A stretch of DNA of 64,000 bases, taken from contig JBHGNT010000018.1 in NCBI GenBank assembly GCA_043228905.1, positions 2,046,001 through 2,110,000 on the forward strand, written 5' to 3'. Positions 12,241-25,272 of this stretch are shown here, piece after piece. A program made the position numbers and the translations under genes. The DNA is from Azolla caroliniana. Its lineage: Eukaryota > Plantae > Polypodiophyta. The notes beneath the pieces are model-generated. The model was not told where the DNA came from. It saw only the letters and a list, made by a program, of their open reading frames with translations, and did no database searches. Numbering within the stretch: the first letter of the stretch is position 1; every line of letters starts with the position of its first letter.

Positions 12241-13001
12241 TGACGGGAACTCAATGCTCCTAATGCACAACGCTCGGCCACAACCGAGCTTAGAATGATA
12301 CACAGAAAAACGGGAAATAAAAACACGACAAGAAGAAGAAGAGAATACACAGGAGGTTTACGTGGAAAACCCCAAACTAGGGGAAAAACCACGGCAGCCC
12401 ACAGGCTGCAAACTGTCACTATGTAGGAATATACAACAATGAGTTCACTGAGGCACCGTCCTCGTGCTCACAAATCTTCGCCACAAAGGTTTACGTGGAA
12501 AACCCCAAACTAGGGGAAAAACCACGGCAGCCCACAGGCTGCAAACTGTCACTATGTAGGAATATACAACAGTGAGTTCACTGAGGCACCGTCCTCGTGC
12601 TCACAAATCTTCGCCACAAGCGGCGGTTACAACAGAGGCAACGACCTCTTTCTTTCTCTCTGTACAGTTACGCACACTAATCTCGTGCAAAATAGAAAAT
12701 GACAACAACTAAAAGTTTGCCCTAAGTCATATTTATACTAATATGACTTTTCGGCTATTTACAAATATAGCCTCGATGGGCTCTCAGAAACATATTTACG
12801 AATATGTCTCTTCCTCCGGTTCTCACCGGGTTTGCACCATCCGGCTCTCCGTAGCCGGGTACTCCTCATCCGGTTCACACCGGGTCTGTATCATCCGGCT
12901 CTCCGTAGCTGGGTACTCCTCATCCGGTTTCGGCCTCGGCCGAGTTTGTTCATCGGCACTGTACTTCTCCCTTCCCATCCGGAGGGACCTGTCTCCCAAC
13001 A
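12241..13001 (-). mobile_element. Solo LTR of the Copia E family
   Basis: Reverse complement of the E-type LTR (TGTTGGGAGACAGG...CCCGTCA); perfect TSD CCTCT at 12236-12240 and 13002-13006; internal 133-bp tandem duplication 12354-12619. Confidence 0.95.
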
Positions 13002-13999
13002 CCTCTTATGGCGTTTTGAGTTGGGTGTATCCACACCTTTTTGAAAAGGCTGATAAAACAAAATTTGTTTGTGATGCATGTGATTTTGGTAAGCTTACTA
13101 AAAGCTCATATGCTAGTTCAAGTCATAGGAGTTCCCATGCATTTGATGCAATACACTCTGATGTTTGGGGACCATGTTCCACAAGTTCTATTAATGGATA
13201 TCGATATTTTGTCTCTTTCATTGACTCCTCTCGTGTGACTTGGTTATATTTGATGAGGAAAAAGAATGAAGTGTTTGCTTGTTTTAAAGATTTTCATAGA
13301 GTAGTTCAAACTCAATATGGTGCAGTAGTAAAAGTGTTGAGATTTGATAATGGAACAAAGTATCCTAACATCACATTTAGGCCATACCTCTTAGATAAAG
13401 GAATACATCAAACTACATGCCCATATACACCAGAACAAAATGGAGTAATAGAGAGGAAGAATAGACATCTTCTAGATGTAACAAGAAACATGATGATTTC
13501 TATGAATGTCTCAAAGCAGTTGTGGGGACATGCAATTTTGATGGTTGCTGCATTGATCAATAGAATGCCCTCTAGAGTATTGGAGTGGAAGTCTCCATGT
13601 GAGTTGTTGCAAGGCAATAACTCTGGAATCCTTCCTTTGAAGGTGTTTGGATGTGTGCGTTTTGTAAAGGACAGTAGAACATCTATAGGAAAACTTGATC
13701 CTAGAGCTGTGAAATTTGTATTTGTGGGATACTCTACCACACAAAAGGCTATGTTTGCTGGAGTTCAGTAGAGAAGAGATTATTTGTGAGCATGGATGTC
13801 AATTCAAAGAGTCAGAGCCATATCATAAACAAGAGGTAACTTCACCCTTTGATGACTTAATTGAGATTGAAAATATGGGGGAAGGAGATAATGGTGAGAG
13901 GTTGCTAAAAATAGGATCAATTCCTTTGTTAATCCCTACATTAGCTGAGAAACAAGTGAGCATAGGAGATAAGGAAGAAGAAGACGAGTGTGAAGTCAA

Positions 14000-14679
14000 T
14001 TTTTGCTCGTAAGAAAAGACCGTGGCAAATACATCGGATGCTAAGGTGTATAAGAATAAAGCACAATATGAAAGGTTCAAGAGTTAAAAGAAGAATGAAA
14101 TTGAAGGGATATGAAGTTAGAGGTGTTTCCCAAAAGTAGAAAAAGCAGGAAAAAAGAAGAAGAAAAAAACGCATAAAAAAGGTAGAAAAATCAAGATAGA
14201 GAAAAAAGCTCATAACTTCTTCATCTCTTATCCAAATTTCAAAAGAAAAGATTCTTAAGAAAGCTGACAAAGAGAGCTTTCTTGTATGAAAAATTTGGAT
14301 GAAAAACCATCAATAATGATATGAAAACCGCACCACACAAACTAGAGGATATGTAAAAGAAAAGAAAAGAAAAGAGCAAGAATAACACAACCAAAAACCT
14401 ATAAATAGAAGGATTTTCTTAGCAATTGGGGGGAAGGAGTAAGAGTAGAATATCCACAACAGAAGGAGAAGAGGAAGGCTAGAAGAAGTGAGAAGAAGCT
14501 TAGTAGAAGGAAGGGTGAAGAAGAAAACACTATTTTCCTAATAGTATATTGAAGTAGTTATTTGGGGTTGTTACTTTTGGAGTCTAAGAGGATGATATTG
14601 TTTTCCTAATAGTATATAGAAGTATTCTTTTCTTTTCCTCTTCTCTCCTCTATCATTTTTCTCTCTCTCATCATCAACA
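14000..14679. other. Unassigned purine/A-rich insertion in the integrase-RT linker of Copia C (possible LTR-element 3' fragment)
   Basis: Breaks the reading frame of C; A/G-rich; ends in ..CATCAACA; short internal duplication TTTTCCTAATAGTATA. No TSD found and the left edge is approximate. Confidence 0.4.
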
Positions 14680-17600
14680 AGGAACCTATATGTGTTGGGA
14701 CTCAAGTTGAGGGGGAGCTAAAGGTGTATACAAGGAAGAGGAGGCAGAAAGAAGGAAATATGAACACGTCTTCAGTGCCACTTGTGCCATCAAGTTCCAT
14801 GTCCCGACTTGCCTCGACTTCTGAAATATCTATAGAACTCCCAAACCCAAAAATCGCAAGTGATATGATTTCCTCTACTTCTCTTATAGAGGTTAGGAGG
14901 ACCTCTCGCAGCAATGTAGGAGTCCCTCCTGATCATTATGGTTTTTCTCATGATATTGCTCAATTGATCTCTTATTCTAACATCTCAGCTACACATAGAG
15001 CATTCATTGCATCATTCGACTCTGTCACTTTACCCAAGTGTTGGCAGGTTGCTAAAGAAGATCCAAAATGGAAAGTAGCCATGCAAGAAGAACTCATAGC
15101 TCTTGAGAAGAACAAAACTTGGGAGATTGTGTCACTACCACCAAGAAAGAAGGGGCTTGGGTGCAAATGGGTGTTTACAGTAAAACAGACCCCAGAGGGA
15201 AAAATAGATCGATACAAGGCACAATTGGTGGCTAAAGGATATAGTCAGACATATGTCATTGACTACAATGAGACTTTTGCACCTGTTGCGAAGATGAGCA
15301 CTATTAGAACGCTTATTTCCTTAGTAGTGAATAAGGATTGGAAATTACATCATTTAGATGTAAAAAATGCACTCCTTCATGGAGAGTTGATGGAGGAAGT
15401 GTACATGGATGTCCCCCCAGGTTTTGGTACAATTCAAACAATAGGTAAGGTTTGCAAACTAAGGAAGTCACTTTATGGACTAAAGCAATCTCCTCGAGCC
15501 TAGTTCGACAAGTTAAGAAGGGCTATGGTGGGTATGGGATACCAACAAACGAATCCAGACCATACAATGTTTTTTCAACAACACAAGGAGCATACTACAT
15601 TACTTGTTGTGTATGTGGATGATATAATTATCATGGGTAACGATGAAGGATAAATTGCGCAACTGAAGGTGAAATTGGGTAAAGAGTTTGACGTGAAGGA
15701 TCTAGGATTGCTACGATACTTTCTTGGAATTGAGGTAGCTCGTGCAACAGGAGTTGTTCTATCTCAGCGAAAATATGTATTAGATCTTCTCATAGAAACT
15801 GGAATGTTGGGTTGTAGGCCCTTAACTTCTCCAATTGACCAAAAGATCAAGCTAACTGAACTTGCTGGAGAGAAAGTTGATCATGAAAGGTATCAAAGAT
15901 TGGTAGGTCAACTGATTTATTTGACGCACACCCATCCAGATGTTTCATTTGCAGCAAGTGTGGTAAGTCGCTACATGCATGATTCGAGGAAAGATCATAT
16001 GGATGTAGTGTACCATATTCTGAGATATCTCAAAGGTGCCCCAGGGAAGGGATTGATCTTTAGAAAACATGGTCATTTTAACATTGAGGGCTATTGTGAT
16101 TCTGATTGGGGCAGTTGTGCTGATGATAGGAAATCCACATCAGGATACTGCATGTTTGTTGGGGGCAATCTGGTCTCTTGGAAGAGTAAGAATCAACCAG
16201 TAGTAGCAAGGTCAACAACCGAAGCAGAGTATAGAGCTATTGTTGTAGGAGTTACAGAGATGTTATGGTTGAGAACTCTCCTAGTAGAACTAAAGGTGAA
16301 TCAAAAAAATCAGATGATGTTGTGGTGTGACAATAAGTCAGCAATCAACATTGCCAACAATCCGGTACAACATGATAGGACCAAGCACATCTAAATCAAT
16401 AGATTCTTTATCAAGGAGAAGCTTGATAATGGAATATTAAAATTGAGTCATGTGTTTACTGAACATCAAGTAGTAGATGGTCTTACAAAGGGACTTGGGC
16501 CAACAAGTCTTACTAGATTGTGTGACAAGATGGGCTTAGTGGATATTTTTCACCCATCTTGAGGGGGAGTGTTGAATGATTAAAAGTTATAATGGCTAGC
16601 CCAACAAGTAATTAGCTCCAACAGCTAGTTAGGCCAATGACTAGATCTTGGCCTTTATAAAGAGGAACTTTCTCCTCATGTAAATATGAGCGATCTCTAT
16701 ATTTTCTCCCTCCTTTTGTGACATACCAATGTATATTATTGAACAAATGTGCCTTCTTATTTTTCAATTAAAATTGACCCCTTTCTTCTGCTGAAACCCC
16801 TTCACTACGATTTGGGCCTTGTATTTGGGTGAGCTGCCATCTTCCCCATTTATCAGCTTGAAGACCCATTTGTTTCTCAAGGCTCTCTTACCTTTCGATA
16901 GTTCCACCAAGTTGTAAGTGTAGTTCTCATGAAGAAGTCTATCTCATCTTGCACTGCGCCCTGCGATTTCTCCTTGCACTCGTCTTCCATGGCCTCCTCG
17001 TAGCATTCTGGCTCATCTTCATCTGTCAATAAAACATATTGATTGGCATATCATGAGGGTCCTTTGCCGGCTCCCATTGTCGGCTCAAGTTTGGAGGTAT
17101 CTACCGACTCTTCATTCGGCTCGGGTTCATACATGTTGATCGGTGCCTCTATCGGCTTTTGTAAGTTGGTCGACTCCGACTCATATGTATTAGTCGGTTG
17201 CTCCAAGTCGACCATCTCGGATTCGACTGTGCTGATTGGCTGTCTTCTAACAACAGACTGTGTAGAGTTGACTAGTCTTGAGTTGATTGTAGTGGGAGTT
17301 GATTGGGAAGTTGGTTCTGACTTCTTCTATTTCTAGTCCTCGATTGTCTTGTCTTCCATGAACGAACACAATGTCTCGACTCCTCACCACCTTCTTGTCT
17401 AGTAAGTCCCACATCCTGTAGCCGAATTCATCTTCCAAGTACCCCAAGAATATGCATGGTTTTGATTTGTTGTCGAGCTTTGAACTCTAATCCTTTGCTA
17501 CATGCATATATGCTAGACATCTGAACACCTTCAAGTGTTGATAGGAGACATCTTTACCTATCCACACCCTCTGTGGGACATCACCTTTCAGGGGCACTGA

Positions 17601-19700
17601 GGGAGACTTGTTTATCAGATAAACAATCTTGTTCATTGCCTCGCCAATACGATTTTGGCAGCTTTGCATGCGACAACATGCTCCTCACTCTTTCCATGAT
17701 AGTTCGATTCATCCTCTCTACAAGCCCATTCAGCTTAGGGGTCTTAGGTATTGTATATTCGAGTCAAATACCTTGGGACTTGCAATATCTCTTTGAACTG
17801 TCCTTTGTACTCGCCACCATTGTCAATTCGGACAACCTTCAACTTTCGACCCGACTCTCTTTCAACTCTGGCTTGGAACTCTTTGAAAACCGACACTACT
17901 TGATCCTTCGCCTTTAGTATGAAAGCCCACAACTTTCGACTGTAGTCGTCAATGAATGTTATAAAGTACTGTCCACCACGATGCGATGGAACATCTACAT
18001 AGCACACGTTTGTGTGTACCAATTCCAGTGCAACTTCTCTTCTCTTTTGGTGGTCTCAAATGGAACTCAACTCTATTTTGCTTTCCGACTAGGCAGTCAA
18101 CACATCTCTCAAGTGCACTCCTTTAACTTCTGAAAGAAGTTTTTGGTTGGCTAGGATATGCATGCCTCTCTCACTCATGTGGCCAAGCCTCTTGTGCCAT
18201 ATATCTCCACTCGACGAGTCGACATCCACATTTGCTTTGTCCTTACACAACTTGGCATGCATCATATATAAAGTGCCTTGTTTCTATGCTCTGGCTATTA
18301 TAAGATTTCCCCGATTGAACTTCCATTTGCCATTTCGAAAACTACCACTATAGCCTTCATCATCCAATCTTCCAATCGATATCAGATTCAGCCTGATATC
18401 CAGTACATGTTGAACATCCCTTAGGGTCAGCCAACAACCGGTCAACATTGTCAGACATTTCAAAAACTACCACTATAGCCTTCATCATCCAATCTTCCAG
18501 TCGATATCAGATTCAGCCTGATATCCAGTACATGTTGAACATCCCTTAGGGTCAGCCGACAACTGGTCAACGTTGTCAGACATACACTTACGATGCCAAC
18601 TATCTTTCATTCTCTATTGTCTCCCATCTTTACATAGCCATAGTCACTGACTGTGTAAGACGAGAAACACTCTCTCGAGGGAGTTATATGAAACGATGCA
18701 CCGTAGGCAATCACCCAGGCACACTCTTCATTTGCAAGGTTTGCACTCGTGTGCTCGCAAATGAACAGAAGCTCTTTTTCGCTTGTAGCCACGACTGAAG
18801 TGCCCTTCTCCTCAGAAATCCTTCTGGGTTCGACATCATTCAAGGCACATTTTTCTTTCTTAAGGTGTCGGTAGTCCTTTTGGAAGTGTCCAGGTTTCCC
18901 GCAGTAAAAACATGTGAGTTTTCCTCTAGACTTGGATCTAGCATGAGACTTGTCTCTCCTTTGTGGGCTTCTCTACTTGCTTCTTCCTCTGCCCGAATGT
19001 TGTGACACATTTGCCTCCGAATGAGACAAGACACCCTTGTCCTTCCTTCTTGTCTCCTCATTTAGGATACTTGTATTTACCACTTGTAGAGATAGGTTCT
19101 CTTCTTGGCACGAGGTACTGAACAACACCACTAGGTTCTCCTAGTTGTTCGACAAGGTACATAATAGAATCAAGACCTGCATTGCATCATCCAATGGAAA
19201 CTTTGATATCGCAAGTTGATTCACCAACCCCATGAAGGTGTTAATGTATACCACAATGCTTTCTCCATCTCTGTACTTCAGTTTCATGATCTTTCTCATT
19301 AGAGAGGTTTTGTTGAGGGCATTCTTCCTCTCATACAACCTTGATAGTTTATGCCACATTTCATAGGCATTTGTGTCATTAACAATGTGCTATAGGATGC
19401 TCATGTCTACACACTATTTGATAGTGGTCACCGTCTTCCTGTTTAGGAGTTTCCATTCAGACTCTAATACCCCTGTGGGTATTTCACTTCTGTCTATGGG
19501 TTCATACAGATCTTTGACTAATAGAAGATCTTCCATCTTGATCTTCTAGTTAGAGTAGTTGTTTGAGTTTAGCACTATCATACTTGGAAAATCGCTCCCA
19601 CCTCCTTCCATTCTTGCACCTCAAGCTTTGATACCAGTTTGTGTTGGGAGACAGGTCCCTCCGGATGGAAAGGGAGAAGAACAGTGCTGATGAAAACCGT

Positions 19701-19862
19701 ATGAGGAGTACCCGGCTACGGAGAGCCAGATGGTGCAGACCCGGTATGCACCGGATGAGGAGGACCCGGCTACGGAGAGCCGGATGGTGCAGAACCGGTA
19801 TGAACCGGATGAGGAGTACCCGGCTACGGAGAGCCGGATGGTGCAGACCCGGTATGAATCGG
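19701..19862 (+). repeat. Three tandem 54-bp U3 repeats in the E LTR (also 25342-25503; two copies in the solo LTR)
   Basis: Unit ATGAGGAGTACCCGGCTACGGAGAGCCGGATGGTGCAGACCCGGTATGAACCGG. Confidence 0.92.
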
Positions 19863-20029
19863 ATGAGGAGACATATTGGTAAATATGTTTTTGAGAGTTC
19901 ATCGAGACTATATTTGTAAATAGCCGAAAAGTCATACTAGTATAAATATGACTTAGGGCAAACTTTTAGGGTTGGTTGTCATTCTTGTTTGAAGAAGAAT
20001 AGAGAGTGCGTGTAACTGTGTACAGAGAG

Positions 20030-20031
<2 letters not shown>

Positions 20032-20068
<37 letters not shown>

Positions 20069-20909
20069 CGTATTAACGTCTTCTAAGGCCAAATTTGGCC
20101 CATGAGACAATTGGTTTACAACAATAGAGTATTTATCCAGTCATCATAACTAAAATAAAATTAAGTAAAAAATAGAACTTAAACTAAAAGAGTTCTAGTA
20201 GTGTACAATATGTAGTATACTCGAAAGTGACTATACACTAAGCCTAATTTTATTTCCACCCAAGCCTCTCGAAAAGAAGTGGGGGGTCAAAGGGTCTTGA
20301 TGTGGGTTCCAATGTAGAGAGTGCCCTAGCCATGGCTTCTAGGCGGTGTAGCTCACGTTCCCTTATTTTCAATATTGCTTCCACATCACGTCGAGTTGCT
20401 TTGAAACCCGGCACCCGAGGACGTCTGGTTCTTCTCTGGTTTTCTGCCTCATCAATGGAAAGGCTGAGTGGTGCAAGTGTGTCGGCATTCGTTGTCTCCT
20501 CAGGTTCCTGAAAAACTTCATTTGTTACATGTTCGTGATCATTAGCAACATTATTGTCAACATTTTGTAACTTATTCTCTCTGTGTTGTTTTAGCTCTAG
20601 AATGTATTTGCCTAATTTCTTTATATCTAGAGTATCTAATAGTTTGGGGAGGGTGGGAGATGGACCAAGTATGTCTCGGTATTTTGCCCTTATCTCGGCA
20701 TAGGTTGGACACTTGCATGTAAAGTGGTACTCATCCTCTATCTCTATGTGACATAACCTACATATCCTTTCCTCCCTAGGGACTCCACTAGTACGGCCAT
20801 TTTCAATCTCAAGTTGGTGAGATGATATTCTAAGTTGTCCAATGGCAACCCTTAGTGCATGTGGTAAGAATACATCTAGATATTTTGGCCGGGTGAAAAA
20901 ACCTAACTC
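20032..20909 (-). mobile_element. 5'-truncated non-L1 LINE (RTEX-like C-terminus) with (TTTC)n tail
   Basis: Open frame 20909-20250 by manual translation: LRVAIGQLRISSHQLEIENGR..REERICRLC..EDEYHFTCKCPTYAEIR; AT-rich 3' UTR; (TTTC)n tail; absent from the 3' LTR of E. Confidence 0.82.
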
Positions 20910-21225
20910 AGAGAAAGAGGTCGTTGCCTCTGTTGTAACTGCCGCCTATGGCGAAGATCTGTGAGCACGAGGTCGTTGCCCCAGTGAACTCACTGTTGTA
21001 CATTCTTACATAGTGACAGTTTGCAGCCTGTGGGCTGCCGTGGTTTTTTTCCCCTAGTTTGGGGTTTTTTTCCACGTAAACCTCATGTGTATTTTTTTCC
21101 TCTTCTTTGGGTCGCATTTTATTTCCCGTTTTCTGTGTATCATTCTAAGCTTGGTTGTGGCCGAGCGTTGCGCATGGGAGCGTTCAGTTCCCGTCAATTG
21201 GTATCAGAGCGAAACGACACAGAAA

Positions 21226-24200
21226 ATGGACGAATCGTTTGGCGGCATGTTCAAGCTCACCGGCTCCAACTATTCGGTATGGAAGTCGAAGATGAGGGAC
21301 ATGCTCGTGGTTAAAGACCTCTGGCTACCGGTTCAATTCGGGGACAAGAGACCGGACAAAATCGACGCCACGATATGGGAGGTGATGCACATGAAGACAC
21401 CGACGTACATACGATGCTTCATCGACATGGGCCTGTACAACAACTTCAATGAAGAGAGCAAGGCTCATGAGCTCTGGGAGAAGATCGACATAATGTTTCA
21501 GAACAAAAATACTGTTAATCAGGTTTCGGTATTCCGGAAGCTAGTAAGACTCCGGTACCAAGATGGCTCCAGCATGGCGGAGCACATGAATGCCTTCCAA
21601 GGGTTGATCCACCAGGCAACTTCATTGGAAGTACCTCTCGCCGATGAGGTACTTGCGCTACTCCTGCTCGGTTCCCTCCTGGACAGTTGGGAGACGTTGG
21701 TTGTCACTTTGGGCAACGCCGGGCCGGAAGGAAAGCGGTTATCCCTAGCAAGAGTGAAGTCGAGCCTGCTAGATGAGGAGGCGCGTCAGAAAGATAGAGA
21801 TACGAGCTCTGACTCCAAAGCGCTCCTTACCGAATCGGAACGCGGAAGACATAGAAACCGTAGTCCCTAGAACCGGGAGAAGTCAGGCACACGGTCAAAG
21901 TCAAGGGGGAGGCCCACTTGCTTCTATTGCGGCAAACCGGGACACTTCCAAAAGAATTGTCGGCATTTCCGAAAAGATAAGGAGACCGACGGTACCGATT
22001 CGAAGCAGACCCCGGACCGGAACGGTAAAGACTGGAGGGGGCCGGACCGGAAGGGAACGACGGCAATTGCGGCAAGTGAAGAGGAGTTGATGCTCATCAC
22101 CGAGGAGAGTGAGATAAACCTTGCCGGCGACGAGATGACCTGGGTGGTAGACTCCGAAGCGTCATTCCACCTTACCCCGGACCGGAAATGCTTCTCGTCC
22201 TACTCAGCCGGTGATCACGGCTGTGTCCAGATGGGGAATGAAGGCACATGCCGAATTGTCGGCATAGGAGACGTGTGGCTGTCGACACCAACCGGATGCA
22301 AGTTGCTGCTGAGGGATGTCCGACACGTTCCGGAGGTTCGACTGAACCTGATATCAGCCGGTCGGCTAGATGATGAGGGCTACACGGGTAGCATCCGGAA
22401 CGACGTCATGAAGTTCAACAAAGGGAGCCTGATTGTGGCTCGGGCCCGGAAGGTAAACACACTGTACCTGATGAATGCCCGGTTATGCCCGGAAGAAGTG
22501 AACGTGGCTTCCGACACTGCCAGTGAGCTGTGGCACAAGAGGCTGTGTCATATGAGCGAGAAGGGGATGAAGAGGCTTGCAGATGACAACATCATTCCAG
22601 TGAAGAACGTGCACTTAGAGAAGTGCACTGATTGTCTGGCCGTTAAGCAGAACCGGACCTCCTTCCGACCAAGGCCACCGATGAGACGTAATGCACCATT
22701 GGAGTTGGTGCATACGGACGTGTGTCAAGTAGACACGAAGTCACTTGCCGGAGCGAAGTATTTCGTGACGTTCATAGATGACCACAGCCGGAAGCTGTGG
22801 GCCACACCGTTGAAGACGAAGGATCAGGTGCTATTCGTCTTCAAAGAGCTCCACGCGAGAGTGGAAAGAGAAACCGGACGGAAGCTAAAGGCGGTTCGAG
22901 TAGATAACGGAGGAGAATACCGGGGGCAGTTTGAGGTGTACTGCCGCTCGAAGGGAATCCGGCTCGAATTTACCGTGCCAAAGACACCGGAACTAAACGG
23001 ACTGGCTGAGAGGATGAACCGAACCATAATGGAGAGGGTTTGGAGTATGCTAGCGCATGCAAAACTACCCAAGAAGTTTTGGGCTGAGGCATTGTCGACG
23101 GCGGCATATGTGATAAACAGATCACCCTCAGTACCCTTGGACGGAGACACGCCACAGAGAGTATGGACCGGTAAGGAAGTGTCCTACCGGCATCTGAAGG
23201 TGTTCGGGTGTCTCGCGTACGTGCATGTAGCTAAGGACCGGAGAGGAAAGTTAGATCCAAAGACCCGGCCATGCATATTCCTTGGTTACGGTGACGATGA
23301 GTTCGGCTACCGAGTGTGGGACCTGGTCGACAAGAAGGTATTCCGGAGTTGAGATATTATCTTCATGGAGAACAAGACGCTCGCCGACTGGGAGTCGGAG
23401 GAGAAGATAATGAACTCCGAGTCGACCGGTAAGGATCGACTCTACAATGAGCAGACCCAACCGGCAAGAGACCGATTAGCACTCGAGGGACCAGACGGTT
23501 ACGGTGAGGATACCGAATGGGCAGAAGAAGAAGTAGAGGAAGCTGAAACTGGAACCGGCCAAGACCCCGAATCGGATTCGGATGAAGAGCAGATGGATGA
23601 ACCTGTCACCGAAGCTCAGAGACGGAGATATCCTCTCAGAGAGAGAAGGGTCCCCCGGAGATTTCTGGATGCAGAGCATATTCTGCTGACCGATGAGGGG
23701 GAGCCGGAAAGCTTCAAAGAAGTGTAGGAAGACACCCACAACCGAAAATGATTAAGTGCCATGCAAGACGAGATGGATTCCCTGCATGAGAACCATATGT
23801 ACGAATTGGTGGAGTTGCCGAAAGGAAAGCGGGCACTCCGAAACAAGTGGGTGTACAAGTTGAAACCGGGAGATGTCGACAAAACCCCGAGATACAAAGC
23901 CAGGATCGTGGTGAAGGGGTTCCAGCAGAAGAAGGGCGTGGACTTCGACGAGATATTTGCCGCAGTAGTAAAGATGACCTCCATCCGGACGGTGCTGAGT
24001 ATAGCAGCAAGCATGGACCTCGAGGTAGAGCAGCTGGACATGAAGACGACATTCCTTCACGACGACCTCGAAGAGGAGATCTACATGCAGCAACCGGAAG
24101 GTTTCGTGGAGAAAGGGAAGGAGCACCTAGTATGCCGGTTGAAGAAGAGCCTGTATGGATTGAAGCAGGCTCCTCGACAATGGTACCGGAAGTTCAACTC

Positions 24201-25272
24201 CTTCATGACCGATCAAGGGTACCACAAGACGCAGGCCGATCACTGCGTGTTTGTGAAGAAGTTCGAAGGAGGAGACTTCCTGATACTCCTTCTGTACGTG
24301 GATGACATGTTGATCGTCGGACGGGACCAAGTCAAAATACAGATGCTGAAGAAGGCTCTCAACCGGACCTTCTCAATGAAAGACTTGGGTCTGGCAAGGC
24401 AGATGCTGGGGATGCACATCATCCGGAACCGGTCAGCGAAGCAATTATGGCTGTCACAGGAGAAGTACGTGACAAAGGTGCTTCACCGGTTCAACATGTC
24501 AGATGCGAAACCGGTTGGATCGACACTTCCGGCAAACTGCAAGCTATTCGGTAAGCAAAGGCCGAAGATGAAAGCAGAGAAGACGGATATGATGAAGATT
24601 CCATATGCCTCTGTCGTCGGGAGCTTGATGTATGCTATGGCGTGTACTCGACCGGATATAGGATATGCAGTCGGAGTGGTGAGCCGGTTTATGAGCAATC
24701 CCGGCAAGGAGCACTGGAACGCGGTCAAATGGATACTCCAGTATTTGAAGGGCACTTCAAATATGTGTCTCCGATTCGACTCAGGAAAACCTCAATTGGA
24801 CGGTTTCACCGATTCGGACATGTTGGCTGATGCGGATACCAGCCGGTCTACATCCGGGTATGTAATGACATATGCAGGAGGAGTTGTTTCGTGGCAGTCG
24901 AGGCTGCAGAAGACAGTTGCATTGTCAACCACGGAGGCGGAGTATATGGCGGCTGTGGAAGCCGACAAGGAAATATTATGGATGAAGTACTTCATCGGAG
25001 AGCTCGGTATCCGACAAGGGGAATACCGACTCTATTGCGACAGTCAAAGTGCCATTCACCTTGCTAAGAATGCGGCCTACCATTCCCGGACGAAGCATAT
25101 CCAGCGGAGGTATCACTGGATCCGGGAGAGAGTAGATGACCAGGAGTTCGCACTGACGAAGATCCACACGATTGAGAATGGGTCAGATATGCTTACCAAA
25201 GTGCTGACACCTGACAAGCTGAGCGCGTGCCGGAAGAGGATCGGACTAGTAAGACACCCCATGCCGGAGTGA
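21226..25272 (+). pseudogene. gag-pol: Single-frame gag-pol of Copia E with four premature stops and no frameshift
   Basis: ORFs 21085, 22087, 23365 and 23761 share one frame; knuckle CFYCGKPGHFQKNC, WVVDSEAS, LWHKRLCH, DNGGEY, LYVDD, RTKHI. Confidence 0.95.

Larger units (their letters stand above)
10764..16728 (+). mobile_element. Copia element C (short-LTR, Ale-like), degraded, with two insertions
   Basis: 5' LTR remnant 10764-10812 matches the end of the 159-bp 3' LTR 16570-16728; gag (YLSWS.., AMIQEESR-like), protease WIIDSGAS, integrase HSDVWGP, RT YKAQLVAKGY/LYGLKQSPRA, RH CDSDWG; pol ends at PPT GAGGGGGAG. Confidence 0.88.

Noticed and set aside
12743-13771. 342-aa ORF with a novel repetitive N-terminus fused to integrase
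   Set aside because: Chance read-through from the antisense strand of the solo LTR (54-bp repeats) into the host element's integrase; not a gene.
19701-19862. CRISPR-like or coding repeat array
   Set aside because: Head-to-tail tandem units without spacers inside an LTR. The 18-aa repeat ORFs are a by-product of a 54-bp unit.
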